A stretch of 64,000 nt of DNA from an uncultured virus (IMG/VR IMGVR_UViG_3300042898_003498) (lineage: Duplodnaviria > Heunggongvirae > Uroviricota > Caudoviricetes): the IMG/VR virus record IMGVR_UViG_3300042898_003498; one strand, 5' to 3'. The notes beneath the pieces are model-generated. The model saw only the letters and a program-made list of their open reading frames with translations, was not told the origin of the DNA and did not search any database. The position numbers and the translations under genes were made by a program. Shown piece by piece: positions 54,046 through 64,000 of the stretch. How positions within the stretch are numbered: the stretch's first letter is position 1; each line of letters starts with the position of its first letter.

Positions 54046-54845
54046 TAGAAATAAAATCCATTAACTCGTGGAAACCAAACATCGCCCCAGCCGTGCGGGC
54101 TGCGATAATTGTCATAGTCTTTTCTATTCTCACACCAAAATGTTTTGCCAAGGCCGATAGCCAATGCCATTACAATACTTTGATTAGCCATTACCTGTTC
54201 AGCACCCTGAATGATCTGTGCCATTTCGTACATATCACGAACTGGATGGTAAGGAACATTGCAGTTAAATTGTTTGTTAAATGCCGCATGTTCTTCTTCT
54301 GTGCCAAGGAAGATAGCGACATCTTCAAGTCCTTCTTCTACCCACTTGCGCCAGGTTGGGCTATTAGGATCACTGCCTTGTAGATATCTAGGAGTCCTGT
54401 TAATTACAATAGGACGCCCGACACATTGCATAGGTTCGACATTGTCGAGCCATGGCTCGATTAGTAATTCTTTTTTGTGTTGATTAATATCAATTCCGCA
54501 AACCATTGCTGCGCATTCAGTTTGATTGCCTTGCCATCCTTTTGGACCAGTGGTGTATTTGTAGTGGTCAGCTAGGTCGTGATCTACAGTTTCATTTCGC
54601 CAAAGATCTAGTTTATGAATATAGCTTTGTTTCTCTAGCAATGGAAATAGAAAGTCTATGTCAGCTTGTGTGTAGCGGCCGGCATGTGGGCCTGCGTTTG
54701 GTGCGCCAAACGCATTCCAAGATACCTCATTCATTCCGTTAAGTTTAATATAAACGTCACCGCCACCTAGTAATTTAACAGGGCACATGCTATATATAGT
54801 ATCGCCAAATGTGCCGCTATGGCTGAAAGTTAATCGCTTAGTCAT
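54045..54845 (-). CDS. hypothetical, possible GT9-like glycosyltransferase
   Basis: SGTFGD, ANQS..ALAIGLGK. Confidence 0.5.
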   Translation of the reverse strand: MTKRLTFSHSGTFGDTIYSMCPVKLLGGGDVYIKLNGMNEVSWNAFGAPNAGPHAGRYTQADIDFLFPLLEKQSYIHKLDLWRNETVDHDLADHYKYTTGPKGWQGNQTECAAMVCGIDINQHKKELLIEPWLDNVEPMQCVGRPIVINRTPRYLQGSDPNSPTWRKWVEEGLEDVAIFLGTEEEHAAFNKQFNCNVPYHPVRDMYEMAQIIQGAEQVMANQSIVMALAIGLGKTFWCENRKDYDNYRSPHGWGDVWFPRVNGFYF

Positions 54846-54952
54846 TGAATCCTCATTTTTGTGCAGTATTTAAATTATTTTTTTCTGCAACGTAACAAAT
54901 ATGATACAGCCTTGATTTGCATCTGTCAAGCATTTGTATAATAAGTAATGAT

Positions 54953-55666
54953 ATGAAAACATTAGTATTTTGCACCTCTTACTCAAACGATCAAGCACGT
55001 TGGGACGGCCTATTTGGGCGTTGGATCAACGCTTTGGAAAACAGCAAACTTGAATATGATCAACTATTATTAATCGATGATGGTAGTGCTATTATGCCCG
55101 GATGGGAAGGCGTAGAAGTTATTCAAGAAAATCAACTACCCGAAGAATGCCCGGACAGTCGCGGAATCATTTACCACTTTGAACAAAACTTAGGTTATAG
55201 CGGACATGCTGTATATCCAGGTTGGTACAGGAGTTTTATGTTTGCAGCGGCCTATGCAGAGAAATACGGGTTTGAAAAAATCATTCATGTTGAATCCGAT
55301 GCATTTCTAATCACAGATAGAATACAAGAATATGTGAATTCTTTGGAATCAGGATGGACTACATTTTGGTGCCCTCGACATAAGTTCCCAGAGAATAATA
55401 TTCAGATTATTGCAGGCGATTCAGTTAAGAGATTTATTCAATGGAATAACGATCAAGTGCCGTATTCTACATATCAAAACATTTGTGCAGAATTCTGGAC
55501 TCCTTACACACATGTAAATAAAGAGTTCAAGGGCGATCGTTGGGGAGAATTTGCACCAGGTATGGCTGCTGTTCCTGACCCTAGCTGCCCTCCGGGCGTC
55601 CCTAAAGATGCTGATTTTGTATGCCAAGTGCGGGCCGAATCACCCGCTTGGTGGTTAGAAGAATAA
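54953..55666 (+). CDS. hypothetical GT-A-like protein
   Basis: IDDGS, HVESD. Confidence 0.5.
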   Translation: MKTLVFCTSYSNDQARWDGLFGRWINALENSKLEYDQLLLIDDGSAIMPGWEGVEVIQENQLPEECPDSRGIIYHFEQNLGYSGHAVYPGWYRSFMFAAAYAEKYGFEKIIHVESDAFLITDRIQEYVNSLESGWTTFWCPRHKFPENNIQIIAGDSVKRFIQWNNDQVPYSTYQNICAEFWTPYTHVNKEFKGDRWGEFAPGMAAVPDPSCPPGVPKDADFVCQVRAESPAWWLEE

Positions 55667-55724
55667 ACTACATACTTTTTCTCTAGTTCATTAAGTGTAA
55701 ATATTATGGACTGGAGGGAACAGT

Positions 55725-56003
55725 ATGGGAGATTTCTTAAAATTAGTAGCAGAGTTAGGCTTCCCAATTGCGGGAGCATTGGCTGCTGGATACTTTGTTT
55801 TCCTAACATTGAAATTTATTCTTGCTGGAGTAACATCTAGCGTAAATGGCATGGGCGGCATTATCAAAGGGTTGGATAGTCGGGTTGATACCATGACTAA
55901 CCAGCTACAGCGTATCGATGTTAAGGTAAGCCATGCACTAGGATTACAACCAGACTACGATCGTATTGCTCGTGCAGATCAAGTCGATCAAAGGAAAGAC
56001 TAA
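55725..56003 (+). CDS. small membrane protein with coiled coil
   Basis: GFPIA TM helix; similar to 56156. Confidence 0.65.
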   Translation: MGDFLKLVAELGFPIAGALAAGYFVFLTLKFILAGVTSSVNGMGGIIKGLDSRVDTMTNQLQRIDVKVSHALGLQPDYDRIARADQVDQRKD

Positions 56004-56152
56004 TGACAGCACCTATTAAAGACCTACAAACAGGCTTAGCTTATGATTTAGTTAAACTTGAAGATAGTGAAATAAGTGAAGAACATTTACAAATGATTGA
56101 GGATACCTACGAACAAGTATATCTTATTCTTAACAAGGCAAACAAGGAGTAA
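56003..56152 (+). CDS. small acidic protein (49 aa)
   Basis: translated by hand; coupled TAATG start. Confidence 0.5.
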   Translation: MTAPIKDLQTGLAYDLVKLEDSEISEEHLQMIEDTYEQVYLILNKANKE

Positions 56153-56155
56153 TAC

Positions 56156-56515
56156 ATGGATCTAGTAGAAATGATCAACAAGTACGGATTCCCTATCGTT
56201 GCTGCTGGCGGAATGGGATACTTCATATACTACGTATGGACTTGGGTAACTACAGAGATTAAACCAGTTATAGGCCAAGCTAATGGAACACTGATAGCTC
56301 TCATTGATCGTATCAGAATGTTGGACAATGATCTTATTAGATTAAATCAGAAAGTAGAGACAGTAATGGAACTACGTGGTAAGACCATTGAGAAAGAACG
56401 TATTGCTGCTGATGCAAGTATTAACAAAGAACCTGAACCAGTTAAATCACTATCTCCCATACCTCAAAGGAGATTTACACAACAAGAAATTAATGGTGCA
56501 TCAGGTGATGATTAA
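56156..56515 (+). CDS. small membrane protein with coiled coil
   Basis: GFPIVA TM helix, AAGGAG SD. Confidence 0.7.
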   Translation: MDLVEMINKYGFPIVAAGGMGYFIYYVWTWVTTEIKPVIGQANGTLIALIDRIRMLDNDLIRLNQKVETVMELRGKTIEKERIAADASINKEPEPVKSLSPIPQRRFTQQEINGASGDD

Positions 56516-57109
56516 TACCTGAGAGGGTATCCAGTTTTGTTAGATTGTGAAGCCATACGACACCCTCTTCGGAGGGTGATCTTTTGTGTTTGTTGAGTTG
56601 CTCGGCACACACTGAGACAATAGGTATTTAGATTTCCACGCTTCTGGGCTCTGTACCTTACCCAACCTATTACGACTTTTAAACTAACTGCGGTGTCACT
56701 GTTAGTATGAGCGTGTAGGAAATCGTTTCAACTGTTACGACTATTCAAATGTTTCGTGCCACTGGGCAGACATTTAAGCATCCTTTCGGGTAGTGAATAG
56801 AAGCTGCCTTCGCAATGAGGCTAATGTCAGTGGGTCGCTTGTTAAGAACCTTGACCAGCAGAGGATCAACTGGCGCTGCTACGCCTTCTGTTGCGATGAT
56901 AGGAGTATGTAAATGTATGTTACTACATTGTACAGGTGATCCAAAATGATCACAATGGAGATCCAAAGTTTGGAGGTCTTTTAGATTTTGTTATTTTGGG
57001 CGACAACTCATCAGTTCTTTGAACTTATCTTTGTGCCCTCCTATTGAGAAGTACGGCCAAAAGTATGCTAAGACGCACAGCCTAGCATACTCGTCTAGCA
57101 GATCTTCCA

Positions 57110-59173
57110 TCACTTTGATGTTGCCTTGTAGGTACCATCCCAGTCACTAGGCAAATCTCTTGAGCGCATGTCAGCAATACGCTCTTGCCACAATGCATAA
57201 TACTCATCCATCTTGCCATCGAACTCTCCTACTAGATCTTGACAGATAGTAATAGCCTTGTCCCATTCCTGCTTGCGATAATGTGCCAACATTAAATCGT
57301 GCATTTCACGAGCCATGATCCAATCTGCTGCTACTGTAACATCGGGATTGTAAAACACTGTGTAGATCGTAACTCCGATGCTCTTGCCTTTAACAGCAAT
57401 AGTATCTAGTTCAATAGTAAAGTATTCATCACCTACTCGAGCCTGTGTAAATTCGCTAATGATGATTAATACACCGTAGTTCTTAGTTTGGCTTTCTAAA
57501 CGAGCGGCGAGACTTACGCTGTCACCGAGTACGTCATAACCAAAGCGATCCTTCGATCCAATGTTACCGATTAGTGTAGGGCCTGTGTTAATACCTAATC
57601 CGCAGCCAACTAAGGGCTTGCCTTCTTTGGTAAGTTCAATGTTAAACAGTTCAACAGCATGTAGCATTTCAAGTCCGGTGCGCACAGCGGCCAGCACATG
57701 ATCTGGATCTTGTTCTTCTTGAATTGGAGCACCATGAACGTGCAATGACGCATCACCGATGAACTTGATTAAACAACCGTTGTTGCGTAAGATGGGCTCT
57801 GCAATAGCAGTCATGTAACGATTCATAGTATGAGTAAATGCCACAACATCATCGCCGTAGGTTTCGCCCAGGCCAGTGAAGTTACGCATGTCACTCATAA
57901 TGATACTCAAGTCTTTCTTTTCGCCTCCTAGTTTAATAAAGCTAGGATCTTTTTGTAGTCGTTCAACAATTATGGGATTTACATATCCACCGAACTGTTT
58001 CTTGATTTGTTGCTTTTGGAAGAACTCATCAAGGAATTTAACCACATAGGCGTGTAATCCAACCAATACAACACCGCAGACAAAAGCAGTAGTATCAAAC
58101 AAAATACCGTAGCCATTATAAGCCCATATACTACCACCGATGCTAACCAAAACAAGACCAACCATAAATCCAATACCAACATACATCCACCTTGTTAAAA
58201 ATAGTAACAATAAGCCTGCTGCTATAATAGCTGCCACTTCTAAGTCATCTGCATATCCGGGTCGTTGTATTGCAGTATCCGATAACAGGGTACCTAATAA
58301 ACTAGCCTGCATGTCCTGCGGCCAAATCTCGCCACGAGCAGTGGCCACCGGCTGAACTAGACCTGCTGCACTTAATCCCACAATAACAACTTCACTGTTA
58401 AAGTCTTTGGGCAATTTAGCAAGACTGTGTTGCTTAGGTTGCTGACTCCAATCAATCCATACACGACTCAATGGATCTACGTTGATGCGATTCAGTTTAG
58501 GAATACGCACTGCCTCGACGCCCATATCTGTGATCTTAGCCTGTATCCTAGTGTCACCTGCTGCTAGTCTAAGTGTTTCTAATCCAATAGCAGGATGCAC
58601 AGTTCCACTGCTTAGTATTAACAATGGCATACGACGAACAACACCATCTATTTCAGGAAAGGTATTTACAATGCCCGTGCCGGCTGCACGTTCTTCCAGC
58701 ATAGGGACGTTAGCGATAATGCCTGGATATTCTACCAGACTACCTTGCGGATCGACACCTACGATCTGCACAGGACTTCCGAACGTCTTATTCTTCCCTG
58801 TGGTGCTGGCAACCTGTGGCAGCACTGCTGGATATTTTTCTAATGCTTGGGCCAGTTTATTATCTTGACCAAACCTATCTGCTTCAGGCATAAGGATATT
58901 GAGCACAACAAGGCCAGCGTTTCTGTCATATAGGTCTTTAATAATGTCAGCATATAGTCCTCGAGGAAATGGGAATTGTCCATACTTGTCTAATGCAGCC
59001 TCATCTATATTGACAGTATGTACAGGGATGTCTTGTGTAGGTTGGCTAGTGATCAGTTGATCAAAATAGCGTAGTCTAACTGATTCCACAAATGCAGGAT
59101 CTGCAAATCTAACACCTGCTACTAATAGTAATGTGATTAGGGCCAACCACGGGCTTAATAAAATCTTCTTCAT
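57110..59173 (-). CDS. CHASE2-domain adenylate/guanylate cyclase
   Basis: DGVVRR (CHASE2), 3 TM, SDMRNFT, KFIGDA, GINTG, LAARLE. Confidence 0.92.
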   Translation of the reverse strand: MKKILLSPWLALITLLLVAGVRFADPAFVESVRLRYFDQLITSQPTQDIPVHTVNIDEAALDKYGQFPFPRGLYADIIKDLYDRNAGLVVLNILMPEADRFGQDNKLAQALEKYPAVLPQVASTTGKNKTFGSPVQIVGVDPQGSLVEYPGIIANVPMLEERAAGTGIVNTFPEIDGVVRRMPLLILSSGTVHPAIGLETLRLAAGDTRIQAKITDMGVEAVRIPKLNRINVDPLSRVWIDWSQQPKQHSLAKLPKDFNSEVVIVGLSAAGLVQPVATARGEIWPQDMQASLLGTLLSDTAIQRPGYADDLEVAAIIAAGLLLLFLTRWMYVGIGFMVGLVLVSIGGSIWAYNGYGILFDTTAFVCGVVLVGLHAYVVKFLDEFFQKQQIKKQFGGYVNPIIVERLQKDPSFIKLGGEKKDLSIIMSDMRNFTGLGETYGDDVVAFTHTMNRYMTAIAEPILRNNGCLIKFIGDASLHVHGAPIQEEQDPDHVLAAVRTGLEMLHAVELFNIELTKEGKPLVGCGLGINTGPTLIGNIGSKDRFGYDVLGDSVSLAARLESQTKNYGVLIIISEFTQARVGDEYFTIELDTIAVKGKSIGVTIYTVFYNPDVTVAADWIMAREMHDLMLAHYRKQEWDKAITICQDLVGEFDGKMDEYYALWQERIADMRSRDLPSDWDGTYKATSK

Positions 59174-59176
59174 ATT

Positions 59177-59464
59177 TTATTCCTCGCAGTTCCAGCGGCT
59201 TAGTGCTTTGGCTTTTGGAGTAGGACGACCTTTCTCATCCTTCATAGGGCCTTTATTGCCACTCATTCTAGCACAGAAACTCTTACGGCGTTTAGCATCT
59301 TTGCTACCTGCTTTTAGTTTGCTAGGTTTAGTAGTGACCGCAGTCTTTAACTTGCTACCTGGATTCTCTCTACGATAAGCATTAACAGCTTTTTGACTGA
59401 GTCCGTCCGTCTTGTCTTTCTTATTGACCTTGTTCCAGTCTTCTAAAAGTTCTTGAATCTTCAT
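59177..59464 (-). CDS. basic hypothetical phage protein
   Basis: RRKSFCARM...RWNC motif. Confidence 0.7.
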   Translation of the reverse strand: MKIQELLEDWNKVNKKDKTDGLSQKAVNAYRRENPGSKLKTAVTTKPSKLKAGSKDAKRRKSFCARMSGNKGPMKDEKGRPTPKAKALSRWNCEE

Positions 59465-59658
59465 TTCTTTTTAGCCTTCCCTGCTTTCATATTGGCCAGC
59501 CAATGTGCCATACGCTGCTTTTCACCTGAACTGTTTTTAGCAGTTTTACGTAAGCTACTAACGCTGGCTTTGGTATTTACTCCGCTGCGTTTAGCCAATC
59601 CTTTACGTCCAGGATTTTTGCCATCTGCAAAGTTTTCTAATAGCTCACTTACCTTCAT
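59461..59658 (-). CDS. basic hypothetical phage protein
   Basis: MKVSELLE start. Confidence 0.65.
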   Translation of the reverse strand: MKVSELLENFADGKNPGRKGLAKRSGVNTKASVSSLRKTAKNSSGEKQRMAHWLANMKAGKAKKK

Positions 59659-60091
59659 GAGGTTTCTCTCCAGTCATGTAAGGAAGCCCAAACCATAATT
59701 TAAACCATTCTGCATCGCCAGGTTTAATATTGTGTTTATGCATTATGTTAGTTTTTTCTTGACTTGCTTGTCCAAACGTTTCACCATAGCTGGTAGAATG
59801 TTTACTTTCTTCTACTCCGCCGTCACCGCTGTAGCTAGCGTCATAACCGTACCATCCGTAAGGGCCTGGACCGTAAGCTGCATTTTTAATTTTTTTACGC
59901 TTACGTTTACGTTCTTCAATTGGGGCTTCTTCTAAACTACCGCCGCCTTCCATAATAGCCCATTCTACTGCTGTGAATTTAGGTGTAGGTTTTGCAGACA
60001 TTTCAGCATCAAGTTTAGCTTGTAAACTTTCTGTATAGGTTAACGGCTTCTGCGGTTTGGCAGGTTTCTTAATAAGGTCGTCGAATCGCAT
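59645..60091 (-). CDS. hypothetical phage protein
   Basis: TATAAATA-N4-ATG start; IKPGDAEWFKLWF. Confidence 0.65.
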   Translation of the reverse strand: MRFDDLIKKPAKPQKPLTYTESLQAKLDAEMSAKPTPKFTAVEWAIMEGGGSLEEAPIEERKRKRKKIKNAAYGPGPYGWYGYDASYSGDGGVEESKHSTSYGETFGQASQEKTNIMHKHNIKPGDAEWFKLWFGLPYMTGEKPHEGK

Positions 60092-60104
60092 CGAGTATTT
60101 ATAG

Positions 60105-61979
60105 TCAATTGCCCTGGGTGACGCTAACACTGCAACCAGAAAGGGTAGCGCATTGTTGTGTAATATTGATGTTCTGTGCTGTTGTACCCTGTTGAACTAG
60201 ATTAACTGTACTAGCACCACCTGCATTGGTTAAGTTAATAGTGGCTTTATGACTGCCCGCATCCTTCTGATTAGCAGTAACTGAATGTCCGTTACCAGTT
60301 AAACTCAAATCAAGGTAACTTATTGATCCCTGCTGTGTAACGTCAAACACATTACTATTGCCGTTGACTATGCCAAAGAACGTTTTTTCACCGTTACCTG
60401 TTTGCCTTAATGTAGCGTTGTTACCGTTGCCTGTAACATCAACATAGGCAAAATGACCGCTTGAGCTTCCACCGTCATTACTCTGTCTTAGATTTGATGT
60501 ATTGCTGTTACCAGTAATTTTTAAACCTATATAATGGCCGCCACTTTCGCCGCCGTCTTGTAGACCAGTTGAGGGATTACGTGCTTGCCATATACTGACA
60601 TTATTGCTGTTACCAGTTACATTAAACTCAATTAAGTTCTTGCCCAGTGTGTCACCTTGCTTGATGTTCAATGTATTGCTGTCACCGTCGATGATAGCAT
60701 AGTCAGTACCGCCTATTCCAGAGATCTTGTTGTAGTTGCCAGTTTGTTCGATGTTTACTGTATTGCCACTGCTACCAATCTTCTGATCAATGTAAAGGCT
60801 GTTGCCTAATACAACATTACTAACACGATTCTTTGCAGAATTTTTCTGTGCTGTCTGTCCGACAGTAATATCACTAGTTGCTGGCCAACTAGGAGCACAG
60901 TCTGCACAGACACTGCCTGCTTGTCCAGGATTACTAGGAGTAGATCCTGCTGCTTGATCTGTGCTGGTTACACCGTCGTTCAAATCATAGTAGTATGTAA
61001 CTTCGGAGATTTGAACACTGTTACCGCTGTCGTTTTTAATACTGGGAAACTTTATAAAGTAATAGACATAGGCAGTGGTGTTGTCCACTGATATTTCGCC
61101 ACTGACGCTAAATCTACTGTCGGATAAACTTAATGGTCCTTCTTTAATTAAAGTCCAGTTAACTCCATTATTTGAACCGTATAGTTTGTAACTAGCAGGA
61201 TCGCGCTCAACTGCATCATTGGCAGTGGTTATTGTGAATTTTCGAACCACACGTCCTTGACTTAGTCTTACAGTAACACCTGCATTCTGTTTATCAAAAT
61301 TTAGATACTTGGTATTGACATTACCGTCAAAGGCATTAGCCGCACCTTCGTTACTAGGGCTATTATTGCTGGTAGGAAATATATTGCTGATAACAACTGG
61401 AGTACTGTTAGTTCTAATCATCTTCCAGTCTACTACTGGTGCGGCTGGCTGTGCTGTTTGTCCTGCTGCCAACGGTGTTGAACTTGGGGGTGTGTATGCT
61501 TGTAACTGTGCATTATTCGGGTTGTCCTGGGTCACTGCCCAATTGCCACTTTGTCCGTTGTTGTATCCCTGACCAGTAGTAATCAATGTTCCCCACATGC
61601 CGTTACCATTATAGAAGATGGCACCGTCTGCCAGGGCACGGAAAGATCCTGTGTTGTTGATAATTTTGTAGACGCTGCCGTTACTGTTAAAAACAGCCAT
61701 ACCATAAGTACCGGGATTGGTCGTGCTGTTGAAAAATCCAATATATCTACCATTGCTGTTAGCATCCTGTGTCTGTGCTAAGGTCCAACGAGCCGCACTG
61801 TTAGTTTGAGTAGCATAGTTTACACTTGAATAGATGTAGTTGAATCCGCTGGCATACAATCTGCCTCCGCTAACATACCATTGCACATCAAAAATCTGTG
61901 CTGTACTAAGTTTTAGATCCGTAATAGCACCAAAGACATTTGAGCATAAAAACATTAAAGCAAATAATATCTTTTTCAT
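60105..61979 (-). CDS. secreted protein with discoidin/CBM32-like domain and curlin-like repeats
   Basis: signal peptide; NAFDGNVNTKY, TANDA.ERDP, GSNNG..W; C-terminal Q.G..N repeats. Confidence 0.75.
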   Translation of the reverse strand: MKKILFALMFLCSNVFGAITDLKLSTAQIFDVQWYVSGGRLYASGFNYIYSSVNYATQTNSAARWTLAQTQDANSNGRYIGFFNSTTNPGTYGMAVFNSNGSVYKIINNTGSFRALADGAIFYNGNGMWGTLITTGQGYNNGQSGNWAVTQDNPNNAQLQAYTPPSSTPLAAGQTAQPAAPVVDWKMIRTNSTPVVISNIFPTSNNSPSNEGAANAFDGNVNTKYLNFDKQNAGVTVRLSQGRVVRKFTITTANDAVERDPASYKLYGSNNGVNWTLIKEGPLSLSDSRFSVSGEISVDNTTAYVYYFIKFPSIKNDSGNSVQISEVTYYYDLNDGVTSTDQAAGSTPSNPGQAGSVCADCAPSWPATSDITVGQTAQKNSAKNRVSNVVLGNSLYIDQKIGSSGNTVNIEQTGNYNKISGIGGTDYAIIDGDSNTLNIKQGDTLGKNLIEFNVTGNSNNVSIWQARNPSTGLQDGGESGGHYIGLKITGNSNTSNLRQSNDGGSSSGHFAYVDVTGNGNNATLRQTGNGEKTFFGIVNGNSNVFDVTQQGSISYLDLSLTGNGHSVTANQKDAGSHKATINLTNAGGASTVNLVQQGTTAQNINITQQCATLSGCSVSVTQGN

Positions 61980-63145
61980 CTGAAGTTCTGATTGATAACA
62001 ATCTGTCCTTGTGGTTTACCTGCTGAAAAATTCCAACTGTTGGTCTGCATGTCTTGTGTAACAACTACCAATGCCTGTGTGTTCAACGGCATAACAACAT
62101 TAGCATAGTTACGATTGTTTGGGCTTAGACTTTCATACATCCAACCAATCTGTTGTGTTTCACTTTTGTCTTTAAACAGTTTCTTCACGTAGGGATTGTC
62201 TGTTTCGCCCACTGCCGCTACATCATTAATTGCGGCCTCTTTGTTTGTCTTTGCGTCAACTCCTACCTTAGTTCCGTTAGCAGCTTCCTCATCGCTCTCA
62301 TTAGCACTTCGTCTTTGTCTTTGAGACCTATTACTCTCACCTTCTTGCTTGCCTGCTACATGTTGCTTCTCTTGATCTTTGGCATCATCCTTGTCTTCTT
62401 TTTTATCTCTGTTATCAGATCTTCTAGCATCACCAGTGGCCACTGCGGCAGCACGAGCCGCTGCTATCACATTTACGCCAGTAGTTGTTTGTGGAGGACT
62501 AACCATTAGGTTATTGCCAATAGCCATACCATTAAGAGCAACAACGACAGCAGGACTCGGAACACCGTTTAGAGTTTCAACTAGTGTAGCTTGATAAGGA
62601 CGAGTTAGTTGAACTATGCCAGACGGAGTTTCTACATCAATAGCACCACTACCGCAGGATAATCCTTTTAAGTTTATGTTCTGTTCTAATTCGCAAGTGG
62701 GCATTAGCATGATCATACTGGCACCAGTTTCACTAACAGCCATAACAAAGTCAGTGCCACGAACAGCAATGGCTGCTGTGGGTGTGTTGATTTTTACATT
62801 CTTAGGGTCTTTGGCTATGCTACCTGATACGTATCGAACAGTTCCTGCGGCTGCTTTAAGTCCCAGCTTGCCTGCTCCGCTCTTAGGATCATATACGAAA
62901 TCATCAATAACAAGACTACTCGACTCAGTAACAGTGACATTTGTATCGTCTTTAAAAACAATCTTGACTCGACCGTTTTTAGTTTCAACTCGATCATTAG
63001 TTTTGATTTCAGTGCCTTTAGCAACTTGAATAGTATCCTTACCGCGTTTGATAATGGCCGTGCCCGTAGCTTCGGTAACACTACCGATATCTGCCCAGGC
63101 TGATGTAGCCAGCAGCAGGCCCGCGATAAGAGCAACAACTCTCAT
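61976..63145 (-). CDS. FecR-domain protein
   Basis: signal peptide; F.DDT.V, TPTAAIAVRGTDF. Confidence 0.85.
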   Translation of the reverse strand: MRVVALIAGLLLATSAWADIGSVTEATGTAIIKRGKDTIQVAKGTEIKTNDRVETKNGRVKIVFKDDTNVTVTESSSLVIDDFVYDPKSGAGKLGLKAAAGTVRYVSGSIAKDPKNVKINTPTAAIAVRGTDFVMAVSETGASMIMLMPTCELEQNINLKGLSCGSGAIDVETPSGIVQLTRPYQATLVETLNGVPSPAVVVALNGMAIGNNLMVSPPQTTTGVNVIAAARAAAVATGDARRSDNRDKKEDKDDAKDQEKQHVAGKQEGESNRSQRQRRSANESDEEAANGTKVGVDAKTNKEAAINDVAAVGETDNPYVKKLFKDKSETQQIGWMYESLSPNNRNYANVVMPLNTQALVVVTQDMQTNSWNFSAGKPQGQIVINQNFR

Positions 63146-63154
63146 TGCCGCTCC

Positions 63155-63943
63155 TTAGTTCTTCTGCGTGATATTGAATGTACCGCTGTTGCTTACACTC
63201 TTGATATTGATAACGTTGTCGATAGTTCCAGTTTGGCTCATAGTTAAACTATTGCCGTTACCAGCCAAGTCAACCCAAATGCTACTTCCGGCAGCACCAG
63301 TACTACGTTGATTAATATCGAATGTATTAGTGTCGCCCACTACTTTAATAGTTTGTGTGTGCTTGTCACCGATGGCATCAATACGGAATACGTTGCTGTC
63401 ACCCGATACATCGACGGCACTCTTAAGGTCACTACCTGTACCACGGAACTGTAGGTCGTTACTGTCGCCAGTGAACTTCCAATTAATATCTGCAGCATTG
63501 GCTGCTGTTAACGCTGGAGTACCAGTTGAAGCATTGCCGTATCCTAATGCGGCATCAACTTTGTTATTATCACCGATCTGTTGAATAGTAATGTTTACAC
63601 CTTTACCGGTACCTGTAGTGTCGTTCGATGCTTCTAACATAATTTCATTGCCTACGCCAATTTGACGAGTAACAATCGTTTGATCAATACCACGTAGGTA
63701 TACCGGACGAGCAGTACTTCCTGCCTTGTTACCAGTACCATCTTGTGTCATGTTGACATTAGGATTGTCACCGCTTTGGTCAATAAAGATACGGTTAGTT
63801 GTAGCAATGGCCAAAGCGGCTGTCGCGTTAGGGCTAACTGTGGCCATTGTAGGTATTGTTGGTGCTGACGGTGCCGATACCGCAGTCTGTGCAAAAGCCG
63901 GTAGTGTTGCGGCTAATATAATTGCTAATAGTGTTTTTTTCAT
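63155..63943 (-). CDS. secreted curlin-repeat-like protein
   Basis: signal peptide; repeated I.Q.G..N units. Confidence 0.75.
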   Translation of the reverse strand: MKKTLLAIILAATLPAFAQTAVSAPSAPTIPTMATVSPNATAALAIATTNRIFIDQSGDNPNVNMTQDGTGNKAGSTARPVYLRGIDQTIVTRQIGVGNEIMLEASNDTTGTGKGVNITIQQIGDNNKVDAALGYGNASTGTPALTAANAADINWKFTGDSNDLQFRGTGSDLKSAVDVSGDSNVFRIDAIGDKHTQTIKVVGDTNTFDINQRSTGAAGSSIWVDLAGNGNSLTMSQTGTIDNVINIKSVSNSGTFNITQKN

Positions 63944-64000
63944 GTTGTTGCTCCGGTATATTAACCAGTATCCTTATTTTGTTGTTTGGATCCTGCTGCC

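Noticed and set aside
1452..63584. Antisense shadow ORFs over well-supported genes (e.g. 1452, 20620, 24044, 52404, 58482, 62616)
   Set aside because: They overlap motif-bearing genes on the opposite strand and have no features of their own.
1..64000. Stop-codon reassignment
   Set aside because: Genes are full length under the standard code, all three stops end ORFs, and no ordinary suppressor tRNA was found.

Overview
This window looks like part of a large (jumbo) tailed-phage genome, probably T4-like. Support: dense short hypothetical ORFs, recurrent TAAATA late-promoter boxes, many near-perfect sigma70 promoters, an Rnl1-type RNA ligase and a dCMP deaminase. A Bug/TctC-family gene tentatively suggests a betaproteobacterial host. 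Layout: 1-5.7 kb folE/galE/ugd-like genes and hypotheticals; 5.8-23.4 kb an AT-rich island of tailoring enzymes (2 radical SAM, 4 desaturases, Rieske, 2OG-Fe(II), ATP-grasp, GNAT-like, QueC-like); 23.4-30.7 kb RNA end-healing/ligation and nucleotide enzymes; 30.7-42.9 kb a minus-strand array of about 55 tRNA or tRNA-like genes with many non-coding elements and rpoZ; 43-55.7 kb nucleotide-sugar and glycosyltransferase genes; 57-64 kb a CHASE2 cyclase / FecR / curlin-like module. The strongest candidate for an undescribed system is inside the tRNA array. It is a family of about 10 small RNAs sharing a covarying AGGATnn/nnATCCT stem plus an (A)CAGCAA motif. Each carries different tRNA-derived cargo: circularly permuted tRNAs with closed acceptor stems, isolated Lys/Tyr/Gln anticodon loops, or the motif grafted into a tRNA. 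The array also starts with an apparent leader-peptide attenuator. All calls were made by eye, with no database searches or folding software.
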